Source: Spirochaetia bacterium
GTDB taxonomy: Bacteria > Spirochaetota > Spirochaetia > SZUA-6 > Bin103
Reading direction: 5' to 3'
NCBI GenBank assembly: GCA_965203055.1
Contig: OZ241863.1
Span: 896,001 to 960,000, forward strand
DNA: 64,000 nt
Shown piece by piece: positions 39,139 to 49,181 of the stretch. How positions within the stretch are numbered: position 1 is the first letter of the stretch; the number at the start of each line of letters is the position of its first letter. Under the pieces are notes generated by a model. The model saw nothing but the letters and a program-made list of their open reading frames with translations, was not told where the DNA came from and ran no database searches. Position numbers and translations under genes: made by a program.

Positions 39139-40245
39139 GTGGCCAAACCAACCGTCGCCGACCGGACCGAGCAGTACTACGTCGCCTCGAGTTGGACCCT
39201 CATGCGGCGCAAGTTCGCCAGGCACCGCTTTGCCGTGGCCTCGGGTTGCGTGCTCGCGGCGTTGTACCTTGCCGCGGCGTTCGCCGGGTTCGTCGCCCCC
39301 TACGACCGGCTGGACAGCCGCACCGAGTTTGCGCTCGCCCCGCCCACGCGCCTGCGCCTGTTCCACGACGGCCAACTGCAGCGCCCGTTCGTGTACGGGC
39401 TCACCCGGCAACGCGATCCGGAGACGCTGCTGATGGTGTACCGGCAGGACCCGGAGCAACGGCACCCGCTGCGCCTGTTCGTGACCGGCGACGAGTACCG
39501 GGTGGTGGGCCTGTTCCGTTCCACCACGCACCTGTTCGGGGTGGATGAGCCGGGCGTGATGTTCCTGTTCGGCGCCGATCAGCTCGGGCGCGACATCCTC
39601 TCCCGCATCATCCACGGGGCGCGCGTTTCCCTCTCCATCGGACTGCTCGGCGTCGCCGTGAGCTTCATCCTGGGCTGCCTGCTCGGCGGGGTGTCCGGCC
39701 TGGTCGGAGGACCGGTCGACATGGCGATTCAGCGCGTCATCGAGTTCCTGCAGTCGCTGCCGCCTATCCCGCTGTGGATGGCGTTGAGCGCCGCCGTCCC
39801 CTTCGATTGGCCCGCGCTGCGCAAGTACTTCATGATCACCCTCATCCTGTCGATCATCGGCTGGACCGGGCTGGCGCGGGTGGTGCGCGGCAAGCTCCTC
39901 CAGCTCCGCGAGGAGGACTACGTGACCGCCGCCGGCGTGAGCGGTGCGACCCGTCTCAGCGTGATCGTACGCCACATGCTGCCCAACTTCCTGGGATACC
40001 TGATCGTCCATCTCACGCTGGCGGTGCCGGCGATGATCCTCGGCGAGACCGCGCTCAGCTTCCTGGGCCTCGGCCTGCAGGCGCCGGTGGTGAGCTGGGG
40101 CGTGGCCCTGCAGCAGGCGTTTAGCATTCGCGTCGTGGTGCTGTACCCGTGGTTGCTGATCCCGGCGCTGTTCGTGGTGCTCGCCGTGCTGTGCTTCAAC
40201 TTCGTCGGCGACGGCCTGCGCGACGCCGCCGACCCCTACCGCTAG
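39139..40245 (+). CDS. ABC transporter permease (DppC/OppC-like)
   Basis: FGADQLGRDILSR, ETALSFLGLG and GDGLRDAADPY. Confidence 0.92.
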   Translation: MAKPTVADRTEQYYVASSWTLMRRKFARHRFAVASGCVLAALYLAAAFAGFVAPYDRLDSRTEFALAPPTRLRLFHDGQLQRPFVYGLTRQRDPETLLMVYRQDPEQRHPLRLFVTGDEYRVVGLFRSTTHLFGVDEPGVMFLFGADQLGRDILSRIIHGARVSLSIGLLGVAVSFILGCLLGGVSGLVGGPVDMAIQRVIEFLQSLPPIPLWMALSAAVPFDWPALRKYFMITLILSIIGWTGLARVVRGKLLQLREEDYVTAAGVSGATRLSVIVRHMLPNFLGYLIVHLTLAVPAMILGETALSFLGLGLQAPVVSWGVALQQAFSIRVVVLYPWLLIPALFVVLAVLCFNFVGDGLRDAADPYR

Positions 40246-40394
40246 CGGGCGGCGGGGGCGCTGCGCCGCCCGGCGTCAGCCCGCGGTCTCCTCTCTCTCG
40301 CGGCCGCGCTTGCGGGGGCACTCGGTTTGTGGGATAGTCGAACCGGTTGCGTGTCTACCCTCATACTTCACGCAAACACGCAAAAGGAGCAGCT

Positions 40395-42401
40395 ATGGAG
40401 ACTGCGAAAATGATCAAGAAGCTGATCCCCGCCCTGATAGGGGGGGGGGCATTTCTCATCGGTACGTTGGTCTGGGCCAGCGGGACCACCGACGCCGCGG
40501 CCGGCGAAGACGCCGCGATGGCCGCGGGCGGCCAATACCGGGAAGCGCCGATGCTGGCGGCGATGGTGGCGGCCGGGGAGCTGCCGCCGGTGGATGAGCG
40601 GCTGCCCATCGAACCGAAGGTGCTGGTACCGCTGGAGGAAGTGGGTACCTACGGCGGCACGCTGAACGTGATCGGCACCGGCGCCCATCCCTGGGTGGAC
40701 GGCGGCGATTCGCCCGAGCGCAGCCAGTACCCGCTGCGGATGAACTTCGACGGCTCGATCGAGCCGGACCAGGTGAAGGGCTACGAGCTGGCGCCTGACA
40801 ACATGACCTTCACGATGTACCTGCGCGAAGGAATGAAGTGGTCCAACGGCGACGACTTCACCGCCGAGGACTTCCGCTTCAAGCACGAGATGGACCGCGA
40901 CGAGGGAATCAGCACCTGGGGCTATCCCGAACAGCTCGAGTCGATCACCGCGGTCGACGACTACACGGTGCGCTACGACTTCCGGGTGCCCTATCCGCGC
41001 GTGATCCTCAACATGCTGCACTGGCGCGGCAGCGACTGGCGCGCCTACGCGCCGAGCAAGTGGCTCAAGCAGTGGCACATCGAGTACAACCCGAATGCGG
41101 ATGCCAAGGCCAAGGAGGAGGGCTTCGACAACTGGGCCGCGGCGTTCAACGACCACTACACCTTCTGCTGCCCGGCGAAGGACATCACCAAGCCCACCGT
41201 GCACGCCTGGCAGTGGGAGGAGCAGACCACGACCGTGCGCATCTGGGAGCGCAACCCCTATCACTACGCGGTCGACACCGCCGGACAGCAGCTCCCCTAC
41301 ATCGACCGCATCGTCAGCGAGACCGTCAACTTGGCGACCTACAAGCTGAAGGTGATCGCCGGCGAGGCCGACTACGCGACCAGCATGGCGCTCACCGACT
41401 ATCCGCTGCTCAAGCAGAACGAGGAACAGGGCAACTTCACCGCCACTCTGGTGGAGGGCGTGCAGGGCGCGAACGTGGCGTACACCTTCGGCGTCGCCCA
41501 TCTCGACCCGGTGAAGCGCGAGCTGTTCAACAACGTGGAGTTCAACCGCGCCATGTCGCTGGCGATCGACCGCGACACCGTCAACGAGACGGTGTGGCTG
41601 GGACAGGCGGTGCCGCGCCAGGCGACGGCGCGCAACGACGTGCGCTTCTACAAGTCGGAGTGGGGCGAGGAGCATCCCTACGCGCGCTACGATCCGGACG
41701 AGGCCAACCGGATTCTCGACTCGATCGGCCTCGACAAGCGCAACGGCGCCGGCGTGCGGCTGATGGCCAACGGCGAGCCGCTGAACCTGGTGCTGACCTT
41801 CGGCTCTCCCGATGACGGCGGTACCGCGGGCAGCAATCCCGAAGTGCTTACCCACGAGCTGGTCAAGGAATACTGGGGGGCCGTCGGCGTCGACGTCCGG
41901 CTCAACCCGTTGGACGGCGACTCGATCCGCGCCGCCGAGACCGACGGCAGCATGGACATCCGCGCCACCAGCACCTCGGGCATCGAGTTCTACGACTTCG
42001 TCTCCGGCAACAGCAGCCTGATGGGCGCCGGCCACCGCGGCGCGGGCCGCTATTACGCCTACTGGTCGGCGGAGAACAACGCGCGCAGCGCCGGCGTCCA
42101 GAACACCGACGGCACCGACCTGCCCGGCGAGAAGCCGCCGCCAGACTTCCAGCGTCTCTACGACATGGCCCGCGTCGAGATGCAGTCGACGGTCTACGGC
42201 AGCCCCGAGTACATGGACGTGCGTACCCGAATCTACGATCTGCATGCGGAGAAGCTGTGGACCATCGGCGTGGTGGGGCAGGCTCCCGCGCCGATCGTGG
42301 TGCGCAACAACCTGGGCAACGTGCCGCGCGAACTGCCGGCTTCGGCGGAAGGTATGTTGAGCTTCAACTACTACTTGAACATGGTCTTCTTCAAGAACTG
42401 A
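40395..42401 (+). CDS. ABC transporter substrate-binding protein, family 5
   Basis: AAAGGAG RBS, EAPML..GELPPVDERLP, LREGMKWSNG and GQQLPYID. Confidence 0.92.
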   Translation: METAKMIKKLIPALIGGGAFLIGTLVWASGTTDAAAGEDAAMAAGGQYREAPMLAAMVAAGELPPVDERLPIEPKVLVPLEEVGTYGGTLNVIGTGAHPWVDGGDSPERSQYPLRMNFDGSIEPDQVKGYELAPDNMTFTMYLREGMKWSNGDDFTAEDFRFKHEMDRDEGISTWGYPEQLESITAVDDYTVRYDFRVPYPRVILNMLHWRGSDWRAYAPSKWLKQWHIEYNPNADAKAKEEGFDNWAAAFNDHYTFCCPAKDITKPTVHAWQWEEQTTTVRIWERNPYHYAVDTAGQQLPYIDRIVSETVNLATYKLKVIAGEADYATSMALTDYPLLKQNEEQGNFTATLVEGVQGANVAYTFGVAHLDPVKRELFNNVEFNRAMSLAIDRDTVNETVWLGQAVPRQATARNDVRFYKSEWGEEHPYARYDPDEANRILDSIGLDKRNGAGVRLMANGEPLNLVLTFGSPDDGGTAGSNPEVLTHELVKEYWGAVGVDVRLNPLDGDSIRAAETDGSMDIRATSTSGIEFYDFVSGNSSLMGAGHRGAGRYYAYWSAENNARSAGVQNTDGTDLPGEKPPPDFQRLYDMARVEMQSTVYGSPEYMDVRTRIYDLHAEKLWTIGVVGQAPAPIVVRNNLGNVPRELPASAEGMLSFNYYLNMVFFKN

Positions 42402-42431
42402 CCGCCGCGAACGACGGTCTTCGGAAAACTG

Positions 42432-42460
42432 GCGCCCCGCTTCGGCGGGGCGCTTTTTTT
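42432..42460 (+). terminator. Rho-independent terminator
   Basis: GCGCCCCGC-TTCG-GCGGGGCGC followed by T7. Confidence 0.92.
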
Positions 42461-42592
42461 GGTCGGCGGATCGCGGTGCGGGCTGAGCGGCGGCGCGGAG
42501 GCGGCGTAAGGGCGGCCGGCGCCTCCCGCAGGAGGGCGCAGTCAGCGGGGGAGCTTGCCGGTAAACCCGGCCGCGCCGTAGACTCGCGGCAT

Positions 42593-44482
42593 ATGAGCAA
42601 GGCGACCCCGTCCCTGGAGATCCGCGCCAGCCTGGAGCGCGAGTATGACGACGTATACACCCCCGCGGTGGTGGACGCGCTGCACGCCCTGGCCGGCTTC
42701 AACGGGCGCCGCCGGCGGCTGATGCGCGAGCGCATCGAGCGGCGCGCCCGGCGGGCGCGGGCCGGGGAGCGGATCGGCTTCCTCGACCCGGGGGCCGCCC
42801 TGGCCGGGACCGGCCTCAGCGTGCAGGCGGCGCGCGCCGGCGCCTTTGCCGGCAGTGAGATTCCGCCCGACCTGCAGCGCCAGTGGATTCAGGGCACGGG
42901 GCCGGGCGCCAAGCCCAACGCGCCGGTGCCCCGCAGCATCCGCAACGTCGCCTATGCCCTGCTGTCCGGCGCCGACGGCTGGATGTTCGACGGCGAGGAC
43001 GCGCTGGGGCAGATCACCACCATGTCGCTGGACAATCAGCGCAACCTGCGCCTAGCCTTCGCCCATGACCCGGTGTTTCTGCAGGCCGCTGAGGGGGTGG
43101 CCGCGGCGATGAACGCCTGGGGCGAGAGCTTCTTCGGGCGCGCCATCGTGCCCGACTGGAAGCGGCAGTTGGGGTTTACCACCAGGATCTTCCGCGCCCG
43201 CGGGTTGCACCTCGACGACCGCCACGTGCGCGAGACCGGCGGCACCGGGTTCTCGGCCTCGATCGTGGACACGGTCATGTACCTCGTGCACAACCAGCGG
43301 CGCCTGCGCGACGCCGGCTCCTCCCTGGTGCTCTACCTGCCGAAGATTCAGACCGCCGAGGAGGCGGCGTTGTGGAACGACCTGCTCGACGCGCTGGAGG
43401 GCCACCTGGGATTGAGCGCCGGCGCGATCAAGGCCTACGTGCTGGTGGAGCAGTTGGAGGCGGCGTTCCAGCTCATGGAAATCCGCGCCGCCCTCGGCCG
43501 CCACTTCGTCGGCTACAACACCGGCCGCTGGGACTACATCAACAGCGTGGCCGACGCCATGGCCTGGGACGCCGACTTCATCAACCCCAACATCGACGCC
43601 ATCCTCATGACCTACGGCTACATGCGCAACTACGAAGACCGCGTGCGGCGCGCCGTCAACACGCCGGACGCGAACGGCAACTGCGCCCTGTGGCAGGGCG
43701 GCATGGAGCCCAACATCCCGGTGGGCTCGGCCGCGGGCGTGGCGGCGTCGATGCGCAAGGCGGTGGCCGGCGGCGAGCGCGAGCAGCAGGCCGGCGCCAG
43801 CGGCAAGTGGGTGGCGCACTGGAAGATGGTGCGCATCGTGCGCCCGGTATGGGAACGGGCCGGCGCCGCCAACCAGCTCGGCCGCGAGTTCCCGCCGCTG
43901 ACCTACACCGCGGCGGACGCGGCGGGGCTGATCGAGCTGGAGGAGGCGCCGCGCACCGTGCGCGGGGCGCGGGACCTGCTGAGCGTGGCGCTGCAGTACG
44001 GCAACGCCTTCGGCCAGGGGATGCAGGCCGCGGCGCTGAAGCCGGCGGATTCGTTCGGCGATGACAACGTGCTCTACCTGATGGAAGACATGGCGACCGG
44101 CGAGATCCGCCTCAGCATCCTGTGGGAGTGGCTGCACAAGGGCGCCGCGCTCACCGAGGACGACCCGGAGACCGGCCTCCGCGCCGGTACGCGGTTCAAC
44201 TCCGAGCTCGTCGAGCGGCTGCTGGCCGAGGAGTACGCGAAGCTGCAGGCCGCGCGGAACCGCGACGTGCACGACGACTCCAAGCGCACCACGCTGCCGA
44301 TCGCGCGGGCGATCGCGGAGGTCTACGTGCGGGATGAGACCAAGCCGCCCTGGTACATCGATCTGCTCAACGTCAACCTCGACAACCACGACCTGACAGA
44401 GGCGCAGCGGCGCATCGACAGCTACGTGGACGCCTTTCGCCGCGACGGCACCCGCATCACCGAGAATCAGGACTTCGCATGA
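42593..44482 (+). CDS. Malate synthase
   Basis: WMFDGED, LYLPK, YNTGRWDYINS, GKWVAH and LMEDMATGEI. Confidence 0.88.
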   Translation: MSKATPSLEIRASLEREYDDVYTPAVVDALHALAGFNGRRRRLMRERIERRARRARAGERIGFLDPGAALAGTGLSVQAARAGAFAGSEIPPDLQRQWIQGTGPGAKPNAPVPRSIRNVAYALLSGADGWMFDGEDALGQITTMSLDNQRNLRLAFAHDPVFLQAAEGVAAAMNAWGESFFGRAIVPDWKRQLGFTTRIFRARGLHLDDRHVRETGGTGFSASIVDTVMYLVHNQRRLRDAGSSLVLYLPKIQTAEEAALWNDLLDALEGHLGLSAGAIKAYVLVEQLEAAFQLMEIRAALGRHFVGYNTGRWDYINSVADAMAWDADFINPNIDAILMTYGYMRNYEDRVRRAVNTPDANGNCALWQGGMEPNIPVGSAAGVAASMRKAVAGGEREQQAGASGKWVAHWKMVRIVRPVWERAGAANQLGREFPPLTYTAADAAGLIELEEAPRTVRGARDLLSVALQYGNAFGQGMQAAALKPADSFGDDNVLYLMEDMATGEIRLSILWEWLHKGAALTEDDPETGLRAGTRFNSELVERLLAEEYAKLQAARNRDVHDDSKRTTLPIARAIAEVYVRDETKPPWYIDLLNVNLDNHDLTEAQRRIDSYVDAFRRDGTRITENQDFA

Positions 44483-44928
44483 TCTACGGCGCGCTGGCCG
44501 ACGGCGTCCTCGTCTTCCACCTGGCGTTCATCGTGTTCGTCGTGCTGGGCGCCCTGCTGGTACTGCGCTGGCCGTGGGTGGCGTTGCTGCACGTGCCGTC
44601 GTTCCTGTGGGGAGCGCTGATGGAGTTCGCCGGCTGGATCTGCCCGCTCACCCCGCTGGAGTTGCACCTGCGGGCGCTGGCCGGCGCGTCCGGCTACGAG
44701 GTGCGCTTCCTCGAACACTACCTGCTGCGGCTGATCTACCCCGGCAGCCTGACACGCGGCATGCAGATCGCCATCGGCGCCGGCGTGCTGGCCGTGAACG
44801 GCCTCCTCTACGCCCGCGTGCTGCTCCGGGTCCTGGCGCTCAAGCGCATGGAATCCGCCGAATCCGGGCGCGCTTCCGTGCCTGAGGCGCGGCAGATCGG
44901 CAACGACCGGCGCGCCCGACCGGCATGA
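44479..44928 (+). CDS. DUF2784 family membrane protein
   Basis: HLAFIVFVVLG and WICPLTPLE. Confidence 0.85.
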   Translation: MIYGALADGVLVFHLAFIVFVVLGALLVLRWPWVALLHVPSFLWGALMEFAGWICPLTPLELHLRALAGASGYEVRFLEHYLLRLIYPGSLTRGMQIAIGAGVLAVNGLLYARVLLRVLALKRMESAESGRASVPEARQIGNDRRARPA

Positions 44929-46406
44929 GTTCCCCGTCGGCCGCCGGCCCGGACGGCAACTACCGCATCGAGGTCGCCAACTTCGGACCAATCGGTCACG
45001 CCCGCGTCGACCTGCGGCCGCTCACGGTATTCGCCGGTCCGAGCAACACCGGCAAGTCCTACCTGGCGACGCTGGTGTACGCCCTGCATCGGTGCTTCGA
45101 CCCAATTAACCACGACGGCACGATCCAAAGGCTCAAATCGCTACCGGATCACAACGCCATCGCCAAGCGTGTGGAGGACTGGTGGTCCAACGGGACCGAG
45201 CGGGAACCGGCGCCGCTGCCGGACGACTTGGCGGCGGAGCTTCGCGCCGCGTTGGAGCAGACTGCCGGAGCCGAGCGCCATCTGGAGCAGGAAGTGCGCC
45301 GCTGCTTCGGCATTGATACGCTCGCCGAGCTGGTAAGCCAGGAAATTCCCGAAGCCGGAGCCGCGATTGAGCTGTGTGTACCGCAAGCACATGGTGGGGA
45401 GCCGTTCCGCTACCTTGTCGAGTTCGGACCGGAGCAGATAACGGCTTCGGGAAAGGTTTCTTCACTGCCCGAGCTATCAAGTACAATGGTTGAGGTTCAG
45501 AAATCCATTCCGGATTGGGTTGATACCGAACGATGGCCACTACTCCTGCACGAGGTCTTGGACGTCATGTTCAATTTGCTGACTGGCCCTCTGACCCCGC
45601 TAGCATACTACCTGCCGGCCGACCGCACCGGCGTGATGCACAGTCATCAGGTATTGGTCAGCACCCTGATCCAGAGCGCGACTACGGCAGGGGTGCGTCC
45701 GTCCACCAACGTTCCGCTGCTGTCGGGAGTGGTGGCTGACTTCCTGGAAGGCTTGATCGGAATGAGCCGAATGAAGAGGCCGGCGCGCGCGATGTCCGAG
45801 GTCGTGGAGCAGAATCTGCTTGCCGGCGCAATCCGGCTGCGGCACTCGGAGACGGGGTATCCTTCGTTCGCCTATCGACCGGCCAACTGGGACGCCGATC
45901 TGCCGCTGATGCGTACTTCTTCGATGGTGTCGGAACTCGCTCCCGTGGTCCTCTATCTGCGGTACCTCGTTCGGCCGGGCGACCTGCTGATCATCGAAGA
46001 GCCGGAGTCGCACCTGCATCCAGCGATGCAGGCGAGGTTCGCCCGCGAGCTGGCGCGTCTGGTCCGGTTCGGGGTCCGCATCATGTTGACCACGCACAGC
46101 GAATGGATGCTGGAAGCGCTGGCCAATCTGGTGCGCCTGTCGGACCTCCCGGAGCCGCAGCGCGAGGGAATACCGGGCGCGGACGTCGCACTCACTCCGG
46201 GCCAAGTGGGCGCGTGGTTGTTCAAGCCGAGTACCGGCGCCGCTGGCACCGTGGTCGAGGAGATCCCGCTAGACGTCGAGGTTGGAACCTATCCGGCCGG
46301 GTTCGACGAGGTTACCGAGTCGTTGTACAACGAATGGGTCGGAATCTCCAACCGCATCGAAGCCGCGCGAGCGGACCGGCGCGGCCGGCGCCGCGCTGCG
46401 TCTTAG
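44925..46406 (+). CDS. AAA_15/AAA_21-type (ABC-class) ATPase
   Basis: NFGPI, GPSNTGKS, YLPADRTG, SSMVSELAP, IIEEPESHLHP and TTHS. Confidence 0.85.
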   Translation: MSSPSAAGPDGNYRIEVANFGPIGHARVDLRPLTVFAGPSNTGKSYLATLVYALHRCFDPINHDGTIQRLKSLPDHNAIAKRVEDWWSNGTEREPAPLPDDLAAELRAALEQTAGAERHLEQEVRRCFGIDTLAELVSQEIPEAGAAIELCVPQAHGGEPFRYLVEFGPEQITASGKVSSLPELSSTMVEVQKSIPDWVDTERWPLLLHEVLDVMFNLLTGPLTPLAYYLPADRTGVMHSHQVLVSTLIQSATTAGVRPSTNVPLLSGVVADFLEGLIGMSRMKRPARAMSEVVEQNLLAGAIRLRHSETGYPSFAYRPANWDADLPLMRTSSMVSELAPVVLYLRYLVRPGDLLIIEEPESHLHPAMQARFARELARLVRFGVRIMLTTHSEWMLEALANLVRLSDLPEPQREGIPGADVALTPGQVGAWLFKPSTGAAGTVVEEIPLDVEVGTYPAGFDEVTESLYNEWVGISNRIEAARADRRGRRRAAS

Positions 46407-46468
46407 CTTAGCTGGCGGCAGGTGGACGGTGCCGGCCATTGGTGCAGGCAGAGAACAGGAGGTGCTGC

Positions 46469-47518
46469 GTGCCGTTGGAGTTGATTGCCACCGCGCCGCG
46501 AACGCCGGAGTTGCGTTCCTACGACGAACCGCCGCTGGAGACCGACGAGGTGCGCCTGCGCAGTACCTTTTCCACGGTCAAGCACGGCACCCAGCTCCGG
46601 GCGTACCGCGCCGACACCCGAGACGCGTCTGAGCCGTTCGATCCCGAGCTGCGCCTGCACCTGCGTGGCGGCGACCCGCCGCCGCAGGGCTGGCGGCCGC
46701 AGTTCCCGTTGGCCCTGGGCACGGCGACCGTGGGCGAGGTAATCGCCGTCGGCAGCGCGGTCGACACCTTCGCGGTCGGGGACGTGGTCTACGGAGACCT
46801 GCCGATTCGCGAGACCCACACCGTGCCGGCTGCCCGGCTGCGGCCGGTGCCGGCGGGGATGGACCCTCACGCGGTGGTGTGCGCGGACCCGGCCTGCGTC
46901 GCCCTGTCGGGGGTGCGCGACTCGGCGCTGGGGGTAGGGGACCGGGTGTTGGTGACCGGTCTCGGCGCCATCGGTCAGATGACGGTGCAGTTGGCGCGGC
47001 TGCAGGGCGCCGCCTGGGTAGCCGGCGCCGACCCCATCGCCCGCCGCCGCGCGCTGGCCGGCCGCCGCGGCGCCGACCTGGTGATCGACCCGGCCTCCCA
47101 GGACACCGGCCTGGTGGTAAAGAACGCGACCGATCGGGTGGGCGCCGACGCCGTGATCGAAACCAGCGGCAGCTATGCCGGCCTCAACGATGCCCTGCGC
47201 GCCGCCGCCTACGGCGCGACGGTGGTGTCGGTGGCCTACTACCCTGGGGATGGCCGCGGCCTCAGTCTGGAGGGCGAGTGGCACCGCAACCGCATCAATC
47301 TGCTCTCCAGTCGCGACGTCAGCGCGCCCCACCGCCTGAGCCCGCGGTGGGATGCCGGCCGGCTCTTTGCCGCCGCCTTCGCCTTGCTGGAGCGCGGACG
47401 CCTGCGGGTGGACGGGCTGCTCGATCCGGTGGTGCCGTTCGCGGACAGCGCCGCCGCTTACCGCCAAATCGACGCCGACCCGGCGTCCAGTATCAAGTTG
47501 GGCGTCACCTACCAGTAG
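46469..47518 (+). CDS. Medium-chain (zinc-type) dehydrogenase/reductase family protein
   Basis: AGGAGG RBS, VGEVIAVG, VLVTGLGAIG and DAVIETSG. Confidence 0.85.
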   Translation: MPLELIATAPRTPELRSYDEPPLETDEVRLRSTFSTVKHGTQLRAYRADTRDASEPFDPELRLHLRGGDPPPQGWRPQFPLALGTATVGEVIAVGSAVDTFAVGDVVYGDLPIRETHTVPAARLRPVPAGMDPHAVVCADPACVALSGVRDSALGVGDRVLVTGLGAIGQMTVQLARLQGAAWVAGADPIARRRALAGRRGADLVIDPASQDTGLVVKNATDRVGADAVIETSGSYAGLNDALRAAAYGATVVSVAYYPGDGRGLSLEGEWHRNRINLLSSRDVSAPHRLSPRWDAGRLFAAAFALLERGRLRVDGLLDPVVPFADSAAAYRQIDADPASSIKLGVTYQ

Positions 47519-47724
47519 ATGCGCTGAGCCCCCTGGGGTACGGCAGGCTTCCTGATCCAGGCCGGACAGCGGCAGCCGCGAGCGGGGTGAGTAAGGACAC
47601 CCCAAGCGGGTAACCGGCGCCGGCGTCCGCCGGCGGCGTTCGTCACCCGGGCGAGCGGGATGGGCATTTCCAAAAATGTAGGTAAGCGTCAGGCCGCTTG
47701 GCGGCCAAGCTCAAGTCCCAGTGA

Positions 47725-49074
47725 TCACCGGTCTACCGGCGCCTGCCGATCGTCGCCGGGGCGCCCGAATCCGGCGCCGACGTGGCGGTAGCGGTGATGG
47801 GCGGCGCACAGCAGGCGGAGATTGTTCGGCTCGGCGGCGGCGCCGCAGGCATACGGCACCACGTGATCGATCTGCAGCAGGTGTTGGGAGCCGCAGCGGC
47901 GCCCGCTGGTGCGGTCCACGTAGCGGCAGCGGCCCCGGTCGCGCCGCCAGATCTCGCGCTTGACCGCCGCCGGGATGGCGCGGCCGGTCAAGCCCGGCTT
48001 CGCTGCCGAAATCCGGGTCTGCGGCGGCGCAGCCGGCTGCGCGCACGCCGCAGCCGGCCGGTCGAGGCGCCGCGTCTTCGGCGCCGAAGTGGTGTCGCCC
48101 GCCGGCTTCGCTGCCGAAGTGTCCGGTCGGTCAGCGGCTTCCTCTCCCGGCTGAGCCGGCGCCTGAGCCGATACCTTCGCCGCCGAAGGATCGGCGCGGT
48201 CCGCGCTGGCGTCCTGCTTCGCTGCCGAGGCAGCGCCGCGAGCCGAGGCCGCCTGCGTCTTCGGCGCCGAAGTTTGCTCGGCGCCTTTGGCCGGCGCGGC
48301 GCGCCGCCCGCGCGGCGGCCGGGCCGGGTCGTGACGGTCGAGCCCTTCCCGCACCAGCCGCCCCATGAGCTGCCCCATCGTCAGGTGCGGGTCAACGTGG
48401 GACAGGAGGCCCTGGAGCCGCTCCAAGCCGCGCCGGCACTCATCGTCGATCACCGCCTTGAGTTCGCAGCGCCCGCCGCCCAGGGGCCGCACCCGATCCG
48501 CCGGCGCCGCCAGCTCCGGGTCCACCTCGGCCAGCAACTGCATCACCTCCCGGCTGCTCTTGCCGGACGCCTGCTCCACCAGCTCCCGCCGCGCCTCCGA
48601 GTCCAGCACCGGCGCCGGCTTCCGCTCCGCGGACCGCGGCGGCGCCGAACCCTCCTGCGACTGAGCGGCAGCCCCGAACCCGGCCCCGCGCGGCGCGCTA
48701 CGCGCCGCGCGTTCCTTCTTGCGCTCCTGCCGGTCGAAGGCGTTCTGCAACTGCGCCGCCGCGTTCAGCGTCATCGCGCCATTCTGCAGGCGCTCGCGCA
48801 CGCCGTCGACGTCGGCACAGAGCCGCATCGCCTTGATGCGCCGCCACGCTGCGGCGTCGCTGTAACCCAGCTCGCGCACCGCGTAATCGAACAGGCTCGA
48901 GAACCCGCGGCGCAGATACAGGCGGCGCTTCTGAATCTCGCGCAGGTGGTCGATGACGACCACTTCGAGATGGTGTTCGATGCCGGAAAGTTCCTTGGTC
49001 CGCTCCAGCAGACGGTCGTCTGAGAGGGCGGAAACGGTAGTGGTGACGGCCCCGTTGGAAGCATGATTGTTCAT
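47725..49074 (-). CDS. HNH endonuclease with long DUF222-like N-terminal region
   Basis: RRLYLRRGFSSLFDY..LGYS..AWRRI N-domain; C-terminal RDRGRC..C..LQIDHV...NNLRLLCAAHH. Confidence 0.85.
   Translation of the reverse strand: MNNHASNGAVTTTVSALSDDRLLERTKELSGIEHHLEVVVIDHLREIQKRRLYLRRGFSSLFDYAVRELGYSDAAAWRRIKAMRLCADVDGVRERLQNGAMTLNAAAQLQNAFDRQERKKERAARSAPRGAGFGAAAQSQEGSAPPRSAERKPAPVLDSEARRELVEQASGKSSREVMQLLAEVDPELAAPADRVRPLGGGRCELKAVIDDECRRGLERLQGLLSHVDPHLTMGQLMGRLVREGLDRHDPARPPRGRRAAPAKGAEQTSAPKTQAASARGAASAAKQDASADRADPSAAKVSAQAPAQPGEEAADRPDTSAAKPAGDTTSAPKTRRLDRPAAACAQPAAPPQTRISAAKPGLTGRAIPAAVKREIWRRDRGRCRYVDRTSGRRCGSQHLLQIDHVVPYACGAAAEPNNLRLLCAAHHRYRHVGAGFGRPGDDRQAPVDR
47998..48272. repeat. 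Six copies of a CTTCG-N4-CGAAG-like palindrome encoding SA(A/P)K motifs
   Basis: Copies at 47998, 48076, 48106, 48174, 48217 and 48259; two are the perfect 14-mer CTTCGGCGCCGAAG. Confidence 0.75.
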
Positions 49075-49080
49075 GACATA

Positions 49081-49109
49081 AGTATAATCATGGAACGTAT
49101 TTGAGTCAA
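49081..49109 (-). promoter_or_regulatory. Sigma70 promoter of the HNH gene (leaderless)
   Basis: TTGACT-N17-TATACT, then 6 nt to the ATG. Confidence 0.75.
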
Positions 49110-49181
49110 GTTTTTTCGTCCGGTACGATGCCACCTGCGGGCGTGACTCGGCGGCACATTTCCAAGCGGCTGGGCGTTCCG

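Noticed and set aside
42257..42592. N-terminal extension of malate synthase in the ORF track (similar extensions at 5027, 37587, 49551 and 10029)
   Set aside because: The extension crosses a terminator or neighbouring genes; the real starts lie downstream
47520..47610. TPP or Moco riboswitch, SRP RNA or tRNA-Sec
   Set aside because: Only a CCTGAT fragment resembles TPP; the other conserved motifs are absent and the site lies between gene 3' ends
47998..48272. Palindromic repeats with variable spacers as a CRISPR array
   Set aside because: The repeats are only about 14 bp, spacing is irregular, they lie in frame inside a CDS, and no cas genes are present
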